DNA of 64,000 nucleotides, from contig CM120640.1 in assembly GCA_051362555.1 (NCBI GenBank), positions 67,434,788 through 67,498,787 on the forward strand, in the 5' to 3' direction. A model generated the notes under the pieces. It was given only the letters and a program-made list of their open reading frames with translations, had not been told where the DNA came from and ran no database searches. A program made the position numbers and the translations under genes. This DNA comes from Lingula anatina (lineage: Eukaryota > Animalia > Brachiopoda). Below, one piece after another: positions 42,196-54,908 of the stretch (positions are counted from its first letter, which is position 1; every line of letters begins with the position of its first letter).

Positions 42196-45100
42196 CACAA
42201 ATCTAGAAAAATTTTGGCAGTACTTCTGATAACATAAAGAAATATACACATTCGCAACTTTGTGTTTATGAATAATTCATCAGTATAGTGGCATTGACTG
42301 ATGCGGGTAAATTGCTGTAGTTCAGGAATCTTGGCTCATTGTGATCTAGAAATTTAAGGCACTGCCACTAGCAAGAGATCTACACTTAGTTCACTTACAC
42401 GAAATGTCACTGCGCCATTGTCACGATGATCGATTCATTCGTCTGACTTCACTTCATTTTGGACAACATTTCAAAGACAGGTTAACAAGGTTATACTGCA
42501 TCTGAAACAAACGGCTTGTCGGAGAGCATTTATTCGACTTTACATTGTTCATACTATAAATTAATGGTTTTAATTCGTGAGGCATGGTGGTTATCAAAGT
42601 GGATGTTCGTCACGAGTTTGAACCAGGCTCTTGTAATGTTACATGAAAATTCTAGGCAATAATACTGATAAACATACAGACATAGAAACATAAAAAAGGA
42701 TTGACAATTGAAAAGTCATGGCAATTTTAAAAACCCATCAGTACTTTTCATCCAATTCATTTTTTCATTCGCCCGATCGTTATTGTGTATCTGTGTTCAA
42801 GGAAGAATTGACGGAATTCCTATTTCTCATATAACAAAATATGTCGGGTTGTTTCATTAAATGATCGTAACTTGCATTACCTGGATTTAAAAATTAAATA
42901 AAAAGTTCAATTAAAACAGAATATAGTTTGGAAGTTATGATGTGAACGATTAAAAATACCTGCAAAAACTACAAAATGTGTATTAAAATTTTAGAAACAT
43001 CACCGATTATAAAACTTAATATATATTTTAACCACACAAAACACCACATAAATTCATACTTGGAAAAACAACAAAATGAGTATTCATATTGCCAAAAAAA
43101 AAAGAGCAAAAATCTTTGTGAGGCCTTTTTACGCCAAATGTTACTTGTTGCAATACTTTTTTGATTGTTTTGGAAAGTTCCGTACAGGTCTTAACTCCTA
43201 TAGCCAGGCGACCGATGGAGAAAGATGAAGACCAAGAGAGACACCATCTTCAAAGACTTTATTGCTTACCTGAGACTGATTGCGAAATTTGGCAAAAACC
43301 CGTTCTCCACGCGATCGCGAGCCCGATGTAAATGCGATTTAGGTAGCAATTTCCTGTTTGGTGAAAACTCTGTTACATGTACACACACTGGACAATAGAA
43401 GTGTCACCCCTACTGAACCAATACTTTGGGGGAGATAAATGAATGTGGAATGATATGCTCCTGGTATCATTTTATTAACATCAAATTTCACAAAACGACC
43501 AACAATACAATTCCATGGTACAGCGGTTTTATACTCATTAGTCACATTATAAGTAGACATTATAACTTTGATTACTCTGCTTCACTCTTTCATACTTCTA
43601 TTGTGCAGTGTGTGTATGTGATGAAGGCAGAGAAAACACTCTTGTTTCAACTTTTTGTACATTTATACCGGTAGTTTTAAAAACCAATTAAATCCAGCAG
43701 CGACCTCTAACGGTCAGTATAAATGGGGCTAGTTTTGTTTGGATTTCCGACCTGCATCAATTTTATACAAATTATACTGAAAGTGAAGTTCATATTCCAA
43801 TTAAGCATCTAATTTCGCCGATTAAAGACCACACACCTGTGCTTAATTATGGTACGTGATAACGTCTATAGCAGCTAGTTCTTGGTGAATGAATTCTCAA
43901 ATCAATAGTAGAAGTACTACATGTAGAAACCATGTGCAGAAGACAAGTATTTAGAAAAAGTTTTCTTCTTTATATGTCTATATTCTTTAAAAATCTAGTT
44001 ATGGCTCCCTCTGTTTTTCGCTGCAGAATGAAAACAATATATACCCACACAAAGTGTAAACAGACACGCCTCTCAACTACTAAATGGTGACATTTTCTTA
44101 ACAGCCACTTATTTAAGTAAGTGACACATGATATAATTCAAATGCATCGCAAAAGTTTAAGTCACACAGTGTATGATAGACCTTTATGCATGTATATCAA
44201 CATTTTATATTTCCCGTATAGGGGATGGAGACTGCTGTTTTCACCCGTAAAGGTAAAAATTATGAGCTAGAAATCGAAATTAAAAGTGTTGGATGGCATA
44301 TGTTTTGGCAAAAAGGGAACATTGCTGAATGTCAGGGAATTTTTTCTGGATCTATGCCTTTAATTTTTGTTTTTGTGCTGGGATTATTAATGCCTTTTTA
44401 CCATCCTGGATTCACCACTGCTAAGATTACATATAAACGTGTACATTCCTCACAGGAAAACGAAGCATTCGACTGAGCTATTTCAATACTGCTTTTTGTG
44501 GTTTTAAAGGAAAAAAGTTACGAAATTAATAAACCTGGCGTATGAGCATGTTAAGCCATTATAATGCACGGCCAATATCTAAATTATCGCAGTACGCTAG
44601 ACATACTAAAATGAAGCCGTGTATGTGTTCATGTACAGCGCGACACTGGAATATTCATACATACTGTAAGTTAACCAAAACTGGTGTTACTCGATTTCAA
44701 ATAGAACATATTGTAACTACCATCAAAACTTTCTTGTTACTATAGCTGACCGATCAAATCTAAAAGACTGGTGCGTCTTCAGTGTTGTAGTAACTTGATT
44801 ACAACGATGAATCGCACAGTAGAATACTAAATTATCAGAGCCCATCTACGTAACAATCCGTTCAACCCGCCACACGCGCGCATACCTTGTACATGTAATG
44901 CTTCAAGCCGCGCTGGTTACTTTCATCTGTCTCCCATTTCTTGTCTTGATGCAGTCTCATAAAGGACTATACTTTACCCAGGTGCGACACATTTTATCCG
45001 CACTGGTCAATGACGTAACGTAATGTTTTCCATAAATCAATTATTTTCAGTAATCGTCGTCTATTGGCGCAAAATGCCATGCGCACGGTGGTGGCCGCTG

Positions 45101-47061
45101 TTTATATGTGGCGTTTATGCAATTCTCTTATCAACTCTAAAACAATACAGGTACCTGCATTTATGGTACGTCTTGTCCAAGAGCATGCATGACACACTTT
45201 AATAACCTAAAGTCATCGACACAGCACCTTCATGAAGGTGTGTCAACAAACACTAATTACACATTAAAGGTGTTAAGTACATTTGTACTTGTGTACGAGC
45301 TTGGGATGAGACATTCCTTTTATGAATGTTCATAAGTGTTGTTAACAATTAAACTAATCAGCTTCTTAGAAAAATAGGCATTATCCTGTATTTCAGAGAT
45401 GTACTTTAAAACAAGGCATATTATGTATCAAGATATACTTACTATTTAAATGATTTTAGTATCCTGAAGTTCACAGTCTGATATTGAAGGTCCCATGTCC
45501 GCACACAGACTTGTTCCCGCCAGTTGACGACATGTGTGTACCTGAGCTCTATTTTATAATCACCTGGACTGAAAAATATACTCTGCTCACATGAAAATTA
45601 TCAGTTCATCATGTTATTTATTTCTTGTCAAGCACAGAGATGAAGAAAAACATGGACTGCACAATTGTGTCCCTCCTATTCATAATTTCAGAGCAATGTG
45701 CTTGATTTTTGTTTTCTATCGAATGTTTTTTCAATTAAGGGAGAGCGACGCTTAGCTGACAAAATTGTCTACAAATATCCCACATCCAGGGTAGCCACCC
45801 TCACAACATACATGTATATATAAAAGGTGTATATATAAATTGCGCCTACAGCAGCTTTTATCATCGATCTTGATTTACTAATGGGCGACCGACAGTTCCG
45901 CTACATTTACTATTTTGTATGCAAAACTTACCGCGTACTTCTTGCTTTTATCACCGACTTACAACAAATGCTGTTTACAACTCCACAGCAATGTATACAG
46001 CTTGCATTGTGCTACACTGCATCGTGTCAATGTCACAATTACTGCATTAGTCCCCATGAAAGAATAATTGTGTCTACAGAGTTATTTAACTAACGGAAAT
46101 ACTCTGCACGGTGTCGAGCACACTTACCTTAACAGACATTCATGTATTTAACTTGGGAGTTTCTTCTCCTCCGCTAATGTTCCGCACTGAGTTCTTAATT
46201 GCCATAGATATCTGACAAACTGGTCGAACTGGGGATGGCCGGTGCATTAAAGCATACGATCATTACATGTACATGGTACTGCTTCCATTGATCCTTCCGA
46301 ATACTATGCGCAATCCGAGCCGGCTTTAACGATGGTTGGTTCTTTTGACCTTTTAAACCGAGCATTTGTAAATATTAGAATTATAATTCACGACCAAAAG
46401 GCAAACTGGTGGACAGGGCGCATACGGGTCGAAGGGGCTACTTCAACGATGTATTACTGTGTTGTTTACTGGTAGATGACGGAAGGGTACAAAAACGTCT
46501 ACTGGTACATAAACACCTCAATTACTTTACAACGCAAAAATCTATTGTTGTTATATTGAAAGATTATGTGGTCTATCGAAATATAGCCTATAATTTATCT
46601 TTTCACTATTATATACATTACAAAACTTACACAATAAACAGTTTATAAAATTATTTAACATCAATTTAGTATCAACAAATATTTGATTACGGTACCCTGA
46701 GAAAAGAAAGATACCGTGTTTTGGAGAAGCATTGTGTCAATACCACACATTAAAACATAGCTTTAAAAACTTGTTCCAAGCAAACCGCTTATTCCCTGCG
46801 TATATACAATTTTATAGTTAATATTTTTTCGCAGCTGTTAGGATGGGTGAAAACATCAAAACGACAAGCTGCAGTTTTACTCCAAATTTGCTGTTTATAT
46901 ATAATTACAGCTATTAATAGAAAATAATCGCTTAAAACCACGATTAGTCGAATTCCCTCCATAACTTTTTGGAAACAAGTTTTCATTCTGGATATAAATT
47001 CCTTTTCCTCCCCCCCCCCCCCCTTTCTCTTCTCCACTACCCGCCAATTGAATACCGGTCA

Positions 47062-47232
47062 CGGTGTGACAGGAATGGAAGTCCCAGGAATGGAAGTCTA
47101 GGCTCCCACATGATTAGTACAGGTTAGGGTTAGTCGGAGTAGCCTATTGGAGTCAGTGGGACAAATGTCACCTGTACAAAGTAATGGGAAGCGGACATCG
47201 GTTCCTAGCGGACTTCCATTTCTGTTACACCT
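47062..47232. mobile_element. Short MITE with GGTGT(G/A)ACAG(G/A)AATGGAAGTCC inverted ends and 15-bp subterminal repeats
   Basis: CGGTGTGACAGGAATGGAAGTCC-CAGGAATGGAAGTCT ... GGACTTCCATTTCTGTTACACC; internal GGTTAGGGTTAG; a related left-end fragment sits at 8349-8389. No TSD was found. Confidence 0.65.
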
Positions 47233-47967
47233 GTACCTTGTTACGGGAGGCAAAAAGTTTGAAGATGTTCACACGTGTGATGTCATTTGGAACGACTGCT
47301 TGGTGTGTAGCTACATGAAGCTTTCGGGGCTTGTATTGTATTATACAAAGACGAACATAAATATGACCATATGAAAGAGTAGTAGCTAGGGCCTATCTTA
47401 ATCTTACTGCATCTCAAATGACAAATTATTGTGCGTGTATCTGCAGTGCACACGTGTACCAGGTGACAGTTATTGTACTTAAATACTAATTTCTTTCAAG
47501 GACTGAGGTGAATTCCTCCATTGCGCAGCGCACAACCCATCAAACACATCTCGTTTTACACAATAACCTTCCAATGGCAACGTTATAATAACGTTCTGTG
47601 TTTATACTGAGAATCTAGCCACTGGTTTTGATTGATTTTGGAACTTCATTGCTTTGAACCATAATTATCGTCGAAAAACTTCTTTAGTGGGTTCGATTCT
47701 CTCTCTACCGAGTATATATAGTATAGGACCTATAGGCTACTGTATACGATAGGGCCTATTTATTTCAACACATATTAGTAGTTGGATTGTAAAAGGTACT
47801 ATGGTTATCGCTGTCTTGGGAAAGATAAGATTATATTACATGATATGTAGACATGGACACTTTCAAGCGCGGATTTTTATTTTTAATGCACGTTAACATA
47901 ATTAGGCCTAGTTTTGAAAAAGTGGTATCCGCGTCAAAATACCTTCCTAGATATGGACACCGATTTT

Positions 47968-47981
47968 CAGGGCCGTAGCCT

Positions 47982-48023
<42 letters not shown>

Positions 48024-48448
48024 GGGGGGCAGCTGCCCCCCCCCCCCCCTGGGATTTGAGGTGCAAAAAAATAATCGCAAAGGTGAATAAAAATAATTGC
48101 AAAGTTGGCATCAATTCTGTGAGAAAATGCACTCATGGCCACTGGACAATCATTCAACAATCTCTTTACAAAGGTGTACTGTTTTTAGACAATCTACGAA
48201 ATGAAGTCCAATTGGCATGTTGTGTTGAAAAAATGACTGTAGGCCTACCTATGGCAAAATGAACCCACAATTTATGACTTATGATCGAGCAATAAATAAC
48301 AGTTAAAATGCACCAGAATGCAGTATAAGTTTTTAAAAATTTTCCACACCGTGTTAGGGGGACCCCCCACACCCTCCCCCCTCGGGGGCTTTGCCCCCTC
48401 GTGTCCGCTTACTGCCCCCCCTGGCATTTTACTCAGGCTACGGCCCTG
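47968..48448. mobile_element. 481-bp non-autonomous DNA transposon (hAT-like CAG...CTG ends) with a 5-bp TSD
   Basis: Perfect 14-bp TIR CAGGGCCGTAGCCT / AGGCTACGGCCCTG; ATTTT duplicated at 47963-47967 and 48449-48453; subterminal G- and C-runs. Confidence 0.88.
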
Positions 48449-49834
48449 ATTTTAATCTTTCACTTGGTGTATTTTCATTTCAAATGTGTTCGAGAGACTT
48501 TAATCTTTAAGCATCTTTCACAAACTACTTATTTATTTGGCATTGCACTTTAACGTCCTCGAGTTAATCTACCTGGCAAGTGGATTTCGCGTCCTTAAGC
48601 ACCCCGCACACGGTGAGCAATAGAGGCTGTCCGGGTTCTCAACGAGAAGACCAAGTTTCCCCGTGATTTTACGAGATCTGCCTTGAGGTGGGGTTAGAAT
48701 ATGGAGTCCACAAGGAAGTAGAGCAGCGATTTCTTTACTTGAAAAATAGCTGAACTTACACATTGGATGGATGCCATATCAGAACATTAGACTTGCCTGC
48801 ATCTTTGATTTAATTTCACTAAATTTATAGTAACTAATTTAAAAGGCTCGTGTTTGATCATAAAGTTAATTTTCTTCATTTATTTACTTATGAAAATGAT
48901 GCTATAGAAACTAATGGATAGCATTCACAAAATGTAAGTTTCATTGTGATCAGATCCGACTTAAGTGACAGGAAAGATGACAAAAGAAATTATTAAAATG
49001 GACAACATATAAGTTGAAATTTTCACAAAATCATTGCATTTTATTGACAGTTATACACAAATGCAACAAATAAACACATCACAGGCGAACTTGTATTTGT
49101 GATCTGAGTAAATGATATGAAAAACAGGTACGTGTCATATAGTTATTAAAAAAAGTCACTACAGAAACATAAGAATGATACTAGCAAGTAAAATAATTTT
49201 CTTCATTAAATCACTAGTGCAGTACAATACATAGGCCTATATACATATACAGTATATATATTCATAAAACCAAATATTTCATTTTAAAGTAATAAAGAAA
49301 ATGCCTGATACTGTAAGTGACACCCAGAAAAAAATGCCATCTGTTGACTCCTGATATAATTAAGTAAACAACATAATAACTAAGGACATAAGAGATTAAT
49401 ATACACTGAGCAATCTTCAACATCTGATTATTCTGACCACACGACTCTCGCAGTTCTTGCCTGGTTCAATAACATGTGCTGTGTCTGTCATTCTCTAAAA
49501 TAAATATAAAATAACTCACTTAGTTTTCTGAAATATATATCATTATGTGATAAACGTTGTTGTAAAATATCAACTCTAATTTCCACCTTACTTGCAAATT
49601 GCAATTATCATAACTGACCACCCGGCATGGAATATTACAACTGAACATTGTGTATACTTAATAGGTGTGGAAGGTTCACCAGTATTTCATAATCAGGTAC
49701 ACGTTATATGGAGATAGGAATGGTACAAGCAAATTTGTCTGATATAGTTACCGTAAAAGACTATTAATCACAAGTACTAGGGCTGTATTACATTAATAAA
49801 CCATGGTGTCCTGTAAACTACACACAAAACTTAC

Positions 49835-50132
49835 TTATTAAAATGCCCCTCGACCGTTGATGATACGGTCTGTACGGTGATGCCATGGAGCCAGTGACGT
49901 GCAGGGTGCGAGTTGTCTGCAGTTGGTCCCTTTCTTTCTACAAAATACTGCGACCTGATCTGTACTTTAAATATTTCGGTATTTAGTCCTTTTAATCTAA
50001 TCAAGCCCAACTTCTCTTTCTTCACTTCACTTCTCTCGCCAGTCGTGTCCATCATCCATAGTCATTTTCCTGGTTTTCTCGCTTACCTTTAGCTGCAATG
50101 CACCCTACGACACAACATTAGCAATTCGCCAT
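49835..50132 (-). pseudogene. Possible degenerate THAP-like (C2CH zinc finger) spliced remnant
   Basis: Exon 50132-50087 (MANC*CCVVGCIAAK, donor AAG|GTAAGC) joins in phase 1 to exon 49937-49835 (ERKGPTADNSHPARHWLHGITVQTVSSTVEGHFN, donor AA|GTAAGT); in-frame stop at codon 5. Confidence 0.3.
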
Positions 50133-50834
50133 TGCGTTGCTCTATCTCAAATTACATGACAACGCCAAATTTTACTCAATGCAATCCTAAAACATAGACT
50201 TGTGCCTGACCGCGAGAGAAGTTTCAATGGCAGATTTTAACCCCACCTCTCGTGAAATCTCGCTCCAATCCAGGTCTCGTTTGACGTCATCTGCTGCGCA
50301 GATGTTCAAAATAGGCTATCCCGGACATCCCCTATTGGCGCGCGCCACTTGCGCTGCGCCAGATGCTCGCGCTCCTCAGCTCCCCGCAAACGATGCGCTC
50401 TTTGCTCAGCAGAGATGCCTCCCGGCCTGCCCCTATCGGACGCACCGCGAACTGTGGGATCATATGATTAAGGAAACATTACATATTTATTTTTTTTCTG
50501 AAAGTAATGGCAAATGGTGACCACGTTAATCAATCAGACCAACTATAACTGCATGTGTACATTTTAGTTTACTTCACTGGGGGCTGCCATTTTTCTTTGT
50601 TTCCGGCTACCGGCACATGCACATTGTTGGCATGACGTGAGCAATCGGCGCTTGCACTCCGCACACGCTGAGACATTTGCCTCAAGAGACCAAAAATATC
50701 AAACACGTTTGCTCAGCCGCGCGAGAGGCAAAAATCTCACCAAAATACCCCCGCACACGATGAGAAAACAGCGCAGCGCAAGTGGCGCGCGCCAAATGGT
50801 CACCGTGTGCGGGCACATGTAACAATACAAAAAG

Positions 50835-53706
50835 ATGCTGAACAAAAAGTGTAATGACTTTAGGGATAAAATCTATAATTCTATTGAAAAATTTGAAAGT
50901 GAAAACCCACAATCTTTCTGGAAATTATTTGATCAATTATGTACCAAAAAACAGCCGTCCTCTAATCCCATTGACCCCAAGCAATGGTGGGACCACTTTA
51001 ACACACTTATGAATCGACACATCCCCCACAAAGACCCTAACTTTGAGAACAGCATTGAAAACTCTTTCAAATCAAATAGAGAAGTTATATTTAATGAGGC
51101 CGACTTCTCTTTCACTGTACAAGAAATCACTACTGCCGCCAAGAAGCTTAAAAATAACAAAACCCCAGGTATGGATGGTATCCCAAACGAACTACTCAGA
51201 GAGGGAATAGACTACTTGGCTCCAGTTTTATGTAAAGTTTTCAATGCCATATACATAAGCGGTTGTTTCCCAGAAGCTTGGCGGCTTAGTACCCTAACAA
51301 TGCTCCACAAAAAGGGAGATAGGACAGACCCCAAAAACTATAGAGGCATTGCTATCTCAAGTAATGTTTGTAAACTTTTTTGTCAAATTCTTAACAGTAG
51401 GATCAACAAATTTATTTATAAGAACCGCATTATACCTGAAAACCAAATTGGCTTTACAAAAGGCGCCCGTACCAGTGACCATCTACTAACTTTAAAGACC
51501 CTCATAGACAAATACATAAACAAGGCCTCCAAATCCAAATTTTATGTTTGTTTTGTTGACTTCTCTTCAGCATTTGACACGGTCTGGAGAAATGCCCTAC
51601 TCCACAAACTCATCCTTTCCAATTTTAGTTCTAAATTTATAAATATCATCCATAGCATGTACAGCTCTACTCAGTTCTCTATTATCTGCAACAACAAACT
51701 AACCAAACCCATAAATTCCACGGTAGGCGTGAAACAAGGCTGCGTATTAAGTCCCTCCCTTTTCAATCTCTTCCTAAGCGACCTACCTAATATTTTCGAT
51801 GTTAATAAAGAAAACGACCCTGCCTTTTTAAATAACAAACCTGTAAGCTGCCTCATGTATGCTGATGACCTGGTCCTCATCTCACAAAGTGCCCAAGGAC
51901 TTCAACACTCTCTAAACCTACTCCACAATTTAATACTGCACCAAATGGAAACTTATCATCAATATAGCAAAAACCAAAATCATGATATTTAATAAGGCTG
52001 GCCATCTCCTAAAAACCAACCAATTTATGTTAGGCACAAATCCAGTAAAAAACACCTCCGAATATTGTTACCTCGGCCTGACCTTCACTCCATCCGGCAA
52101 ATTTACCAAGGCCATGGAGGACGTAAAAAATAAAGCACTCAAAGTATTTTTCAAATTAAGAAATCAGCTATTTTCAGCGCCCACAAAAATTGCCTTAAAG
52201 TTATTCAAATCACTCCTACTTCCAACCCTTAGCTATGGGTGCGAAATTTGGGCCCCTTACCTACTACGTAATTTGACCATTGAAAAATTTTTAAATATAG
52301 CCTATGCGAAAAGCCCCCTGCTGAACTCGTCCACCTAAAAACCTGTAAAACCATACTAGGGATTAACAAAAACTCTACTAATCATGCCGCACTCATCCAA
52401 TTACTGTCACTGTCCATCAAATATTATAATAATAATAATTTATTCGAGCATTAAATGTGACAGTTACATTTGTTAGCCCTCTATACTACAAATATATAAA
52501 TAAATAAATAGTTATACATCACTACGGATTACTACTAATACAGTGTTTAAGATTATTAATTACAGTGTATACGTTGTTTAAAATACTTATTACAATTGTA
52601 AATAGTTCAATACACTGATGGAACACACATTTTCTTTGATTGGCGTATAGCTATACGTATCTAATGTGCCATACTTATGGTTCATATAATATATAGCAGG
52701 ATGAGGCTACTTCAGTGTGGCAGATGCTCATTTCTTTTGGAAATTGCCCTCTGAATGTATTTACCAACAGCGTACAATTCTTTCTCATTTTCTGGGCTTA
52801 GTATGATTTTAACCTTCTCGTCACTGCTTGCTAGGTGATGCATGTCACATTTAGGGGATTGTTTTAACATGCCCTCCCTCTCTTTTACATGGTGTCTACA
52901 TTCTAGTAGGAAGTGCACTTCGTCCTCGATTGCAGGACAGTGGGGACAGAATCGTTCCTCGCGTGGTGTTTTAGGTCTGGTGTAGCGTCCTCTTTCCATT
53001 TCCAGAATATGATCACTGACTCTAATATTGGTGCCACCTGTACAAAACCATATACAATGGTCAGTCTACCTTAGTCACCGATGCTCTGATTGAGAACAGA
53101 TCCCTATCCTCATCCGGTGTGTTTACATGGTCCTCTGGTATAAAAACTGTACTTAACATGAACAACCTGGGGAATTTATGGTCTAATCCAGTCTCAGTAT
53201 CTGGTAAGATAGCTCAGACCTTGACCAAAAAGTCTCTGCACTCTGTATATCAGGACCAGTGGGCCACATTGATGAGCAAAACGGGCAGTGATAATAAACT
53301 AAGAACCTATGTTAAATTTAAGAAGGAATTTGTGTGTGAAAATTACACCCACATGGCCCCAAAAGATATTACGGCTAACTTCTGCAAATTACGTGTGAGC
53401 GCCCACAACCTCTCTATTGAACGGGGCAGGTACTGCAAGCCAAAAATCCCCGCAGAGTTAAGATTGTGCAAACTTTGTGATTCCAGTAAAGTAGAAGATG
53501 AGTTCCACCTCCTGCTAGAGTGTAAAGCGTATGACTCACTACGTGATTCCTTCAGAGGGCAGCTGTCAGATTTCCTACCCCTGGGCGACCTCAGCAATAA
53601 TAAACTGTTTAATCTTCTTATGGGTGCCCAAGACATAGACATTCTTAGAATGGTTATGTGTTTTGTAAATAGATGCTTAAAACAAAGAGAACAGGCCCTC
53701 TATTAA
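50835..53706 (+). pseudogene. Disrupted LINE ORF2 (reverse transcriptase and C-terminal domain; endonuclease missing)
   Basis: ORF pieces 50835-51992, 51982-52338 and 53030-53706 are collinear parts of one protein; frameshifts near 51930 and 52310 and a 604-bp insertion at 52426-53029. Confidence 0.9.
52426..53029 (-). mobile_element. Nested 5'-truncated LINE 3' fragment of a related family, reverse orientation
   Basis: Minus strand encodes NIRVSDHILEMERGRYTRPKTPREERFCPHCPAIEDEVHFLLEC, then a 3' UTR, AATAAA and an (ATT)n tail; AATATT duplicated at 52420-52425 and 53024-53029. Confidence 0.9.
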
Positions 53707-54823
53707 TGCATTGTACTCTCTCCAATGTACTCATTCTAATTCATCACCTTCATGTATAGATTGTCATCATACATTCCTTATATAACTTATTATAAAGTAA
53801 CTTATTGATATTATGCTACATGTAAACATTGAAATCATGTATATTTATTTATATACCTGTTTGTACTGTTGTAGTTTGATGTAATTGTCTTTGTCTTTGA
53901 TTGTACCTTATTTGTAAAGGTGTATCAATAAAGAATCCTATCCTGTACTTGAACTTGCCTCGCGCTCTTGAAGCTACTCTTCTTGTGGGCTTTAGTCTAC
54001 ATTAGGGTGCATGGTTCTTACGTTTACCGAAATATTATGTTTATTTAAGTACAAGTAAATAGCTATAATGTAAACGTAGATTTTGTGTGCATAACGAACG
54101 CATTCACTGCTTATTTTAATTATAGCTAGAACTTCTATATATGTTTCAATGAAGATGGAATAGTGTAGTAAAATTGTGCTAGTTGTGCTGCAATCCGACA
54201 ATGTGTTGGCTGTCTACTCCAAACACGGAGCAAATAAGCCTCTGCACAACGTTACCTCATCGCGTGCAAGTTAATTGGTCACTGCTGGTAAGTAGCACTA
54301 CTTCATATATACATACTTTTCTTGCTATAAGACTAAGCAGTATGATCCAAATATTGCTGTTTTCCTTTATCCTCATCTGCCTCTGCAAGTAATACCCGAT
54401 AACATAGCAGCGTGTCACCCTGACAATTCCAGCTGGTTTTAACTTTAAATAAATGCCAGCCCTCTTTACACTAACTAAAATGTACAAGAAAAACTAAATG
54501 TTTCAGATTTGTATACCGGCAAGGTTAAACTAAATTCTTGTGTTTTGAAGGCGTTTGTTTGTGACCTTCTAGTTAGCGAGACAGAGGTACTCGCTGTAAC
54601 TGTGCTACAGCGGAAATGGCGTTTGACCTATTTTAGTACAATAAAATGAAGAGTAATGTGTATAAATAGAGTTAGAGTCCAGTAACAATGGTACATATAT
54701 TTATTTCACTAGAAAAATACTATTACAGTATAAAAAAGGTGAATTCGTAATAAAGTTGCGGTGTGGAATACGAAAGCTGAATTTTCAGTTTACATTATAC
54801 AAATTACTTCGTGTTTGTAACTA

Positions 54824-54895
54824 TCCGACATGGTCTAGTGGTTAGGATATCTGGCTCTCACCCAGGTGGCCCGGGTTCGATTCCCGGTGTCGGAA
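54824..54895 (+). tRNA. trnE-CTC: tRNA-Glu (anticodon CTC)
   Basis: Acceptor stem TCCGACA/TGTCGGA, A-box TGGTCTAGTGG, anticodon arm TCTGG-CT-CTC-AC-CCAGG (CTC at 54857-54859), T-arm CCGGG-TTCGATT-CCCGG; 72 nt. Confidence 0.97.
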
Positions 54896-54901
54896 CGTAG
54901 C

Positions 54902-54908
54902 TTTTTTT
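54902..54908 (+). terminator. RNA polymerase III terminator (T7) of tRNA-Glu
   Basis: Run of 7 T starting 7 nt after the discriminator base. Confidence 0.85.

Larger units (their letters stand above)
50822..53943 (+). mobile_element. 5'-truncated, decayed non-LTR retrotransposon (LINE; RTE-X-like, clade tentative)
   Basis: ORF2 remnant with RT motifs (KTPGMDGI, NYRGI, QIGF, FVDFSSAFD, GVKQGCVLSP, YADD, YLG) and a C-terminal ERGRY..CxxC..EDEFHLLLEC Cys/His motif; AT-rich 3' UTR with AATAAA at ~53927 and an ATCCT-ATCCT tail; TGTA at both ends (50818-50821, 53944-53947). Confidence 0.92.

Noticed and set aside
43264-46130. Strong minus-strand donor motifs (CAG|GTAAGC at 43269, AAG|GTAAGT at 46127) as upstream non-coding GPCR exons
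   Set aside because: Isolated donor motifs occur by chance at this scale; there is no independent support without transcripts.
47831-48160. Poly-Pro/Gly ORFs on the minus strand
   Set aside because: They are translations of the G/C homopolymers inside the 47968-48448 transposon.
49495-49834. Two 24-25-nt GT..AG segments (49834-49811 and 49519-49495) that look like micro-introns, and a possible C/D snoRNA between them
   Set aside because: Too short for typical animal introns, and removing the first gives an early stop; the C box is imperfect and there is no convincing terminal stem.
54824-54895. tRNA-derived SINE head rather than a true tRNA
   Set aside because: All stems pair, and a T7 terminator follows immediately with no SINE body or tail.
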